The position numbers and the translations under genes were made by a program. The notes beneath the pieces were generated by a model, which saw only the letters and a program-made list of their open reading frames with translations, searched no databases and was not told the DNA's origin. Below are positions 62,015 to 64,000 of a DNA stretch of 64,000 bases, one piece after another. The first letter of the stretch is position 1. Each line of letters starts with the position of its first letter. Location: positions 106,208,001 to 106,272,000 of the forward strand of contig CM059432.1 in the NCBI GenBank assembly GCA_030390025.1. Reading direction: 5' to 3'. Source of the DNA: Squalus acanthias (lineage: Eukaryota).

Positions 62015-62125
62015 CTTGTTCTTTCTGTTGTCATTATATTTGATTAAGTCCAAAATAAAGGCCAATACTTCCTTGGGACACTGGTTATGGACATCCCGCA
62101 GCAATGCCATAGCAACAGGCATAGT
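62015..62125 (-). CDS. TAF2: TAF2 coding exon A (111 nt, phase 0-0): TMPVAMALLRDVHNQCPKEVLAFILDLIKYNDNRKNK
   Basis: Translation matches vertebrate TAF2 as recalled. Acceptor cacag|ACT, donor AAG|gtaatg. Upstream exons lie beyond the window end. Confidence 0.96.
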
Positions 62126-62407
62126 CTGTGAAATAGGTAAAATGCTTTGGTTAACTTTCATAAGTATATATTTTTCTAAAATCTGACGAATTACTAGCCT
62201 TCGGAAACAATTTACTGCTATAGTCATGAGTTATAATTCACTGTGCAATTTCATTTTTTTTTTAATATAAAGAGAATGAGGAATGTGCTTCGAAAAATGA
62301 AATTAACTTTAAAGCTACAAAAAACTGCCATAGAGTGGGCTTGACTTAGTATATCCCGTAACAATTTCCATATCAGTTAGTGATATGAAGGAGGGTATTC
62401 TTCAGAG

Positions 62408-62758
62408 AAAAGAAAGAAACTGCATTTATCTAGCACTTTTCACGTCCGCAGTTCCACAATGAATTACTTTTGAAGTGTAGTCACTCTTATGTAGGCAAAC
62501 AGAGCAGCCAAATTGCACAAAAACAGAAAATCCACTACTCTTCTTCAAATAGTGTCTTGGGATCTTCATGCCACCTGAACAGGAATAAGGTGCCTTGGTT
62601 TAACGCATCACCCATAAACTAGCATCTCCAACAATGCAGCACATCCTCAGTATGGCACTGAAGTGACAGCCTTGATTATGTGCTCAAGTTGGAGTGGGGC
62701 TTGATCCCACAACCTTGACTCAGAAGCAAAACATGCTACCATTGAGCCAAGCTGACAC
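62408..62758 (-). mobile_element. Decayed DeuSINE
   Basis: Head gtcagcttggctcaatggtagc...ggatcaagcccc and tail agataaatgcagtttctttc on the minus strand. Confidence 0.8.
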
Positions 62759-63200
62759 TTTTGTTTAGGTTGGCTTTCTCCATATGGAAGGAAGCAGGGG
62801 AGAAAGGAAAGATGAAAAATATACCAAGGAAAATCATTGCGTTGTTCCATTGCTTCTAGAAGCTAATTCTGGATTAGAATTGGCAAAGACTAGGAGCAGA
62901 TTGACCGCCGACTGTCCCGGCCACACGATGGCAAACGGTGGCCAAAGGAGCAACAAAGTTTTAAAGCTTTTTTTAAAAAAAAATTGGTGTTAAAAGTTTT
63001 TCCACAGTACAATGAAAAATAGTACTGCGCTGGAAGAACAGCCAAAACTAAGCTTTTATCCAAAATACAGTAGAACTTACTATAACTGATAGTCTAAGAC
63101 AGAATTTGACAGACAGAAAGATGAGATGTCCACAGACAAAGACTTCACCATGGTGTAGAGATTCACGTATCTCTGGTAAACAGGATCGAGTGCAAACCAA

Positions 63201-63869
63201 TGTGGTGGGTATATTGTGTTTAATCGGAGTTTAGGACAGAATATAACACACTAGTAATACAGCAAAAACATACGACCGTGACAAGTAGCTGGTACCGGAC
63301 CCGATCGGACAGATGGCTGGCATGCGTGAACAGTTCTCTGACTTGCAGCTTCTCTTCCTTTTGTCGAGAACTGGTGAGCATGGGATCACTCTCGAAAGAG
63401 CGCTCAACCAGCCCAACCTTTGCTTAGCTCTCCCCTCCACCGTCTGAGTGGGCAAGCCCTCAGGGTCTTACTTTTATTCTCTTTTTAGGGGTGGGCCTGA
63501 GGCCAAATTATTGCCAAGACCATTTAACCAATAGAGGTTCCCCTAAAACCTCATTACCCAATGGGGCATCAAGTTCTTCGTCTCGATTCTTGGATGAAAG
63601 CCCTCCCCTAAAGTTGTCTCATGATCTCATCCAATTTATCTATCTTGTTTTTTACATTTTGAAGGTTCCTCCATTGGAATTTGTCTTATCTCTCCTTGTC
63701 CCCATCCTTCCTGTTACAATTGGTACTAGGCCTGGCCTTGTACCCCTTCAATCAAGAGGCCCAAGCCAGAGCTGTCCCACTTCAGCCAGTCGTTATCTCA
63801 CTTTATTCTATGTCTTTCAACTAATTAACTTTTATTTATCTTCGCAAGCAGTTCGCTAAACAAACTACA
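63201..63869. mobile_element. Possible solo LTR or unclassified insertion
   Basis: Compositionally distinct ~670-bp block with retained CpGs, bounded by tgtgg...ctaca, with a minus-strand AATAAAAG near 63475. No TSD seen. Confidence 0.25.
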
Positions 63870-64000
63870 AATTCTACCTGTAGAGATTATAATATGGTTA
63901 TTAGTAATAATGGAAGAAACATAGGTTGGGCCTTCATTAGCCAAATTAAAGATACATTAACAAAGTCAAAACCTTAACTTACAACCAACAGATATAACAG

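Noticed and set aside
63860..63900. Further upstream TAF2 exon (ctacag|gtagaa on the minus strand)
   Set aside because: The adjacent sequence does not translate to the expected ...FQSYFLQK and contains stops. The preceding exon must be outside the window.

Overview
Vertebrate genomic DNA, most likely a cartilaginous fish (inferred from Deu-domain SINEs and the CR1, Penelope and Harbinger repeat mix). The only host gene is the 3' half of TAF2 (TFIID subunit 2) on the minus strand. Nine coding exons can be chained by hand with GT-AG boundaries and matching phases, from 62125 down to the TAA stop at 6776-6778, followed by a putative 3' UTR. The introns are packed with decayed transposable elements: several CR1 LINE families (three near full length), L2 fragments, DeuSINEs, two Penelope remnants, one PIF/Harbinger derivative and MITEs. 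Main observations: (i) a SINE inserted into the 3' splice site of a conserved TAF2 exon, and its (TCTT)n tail now forms the polypyrimidine tract; (ii) two near-identical, internally deleted CR1 copies form a ~1.5 kb inverted repeat around one TAF2 exon; (iii) two CR1 copies share a 27-bp in-frame micro-inversion, and one of them is a chimera of two variants; (iv) hammerhead-ribozyme-like motifs lie in the Penelope terminal repeats; (v) a 54-bp tandem array and paired splice donors occur in CR1 5' UTRs; (vi) there is a four-level TE nest. No prokaryotic features or CRISPR arrays were found. Repeat boundaries were judged by eye and are approximate.
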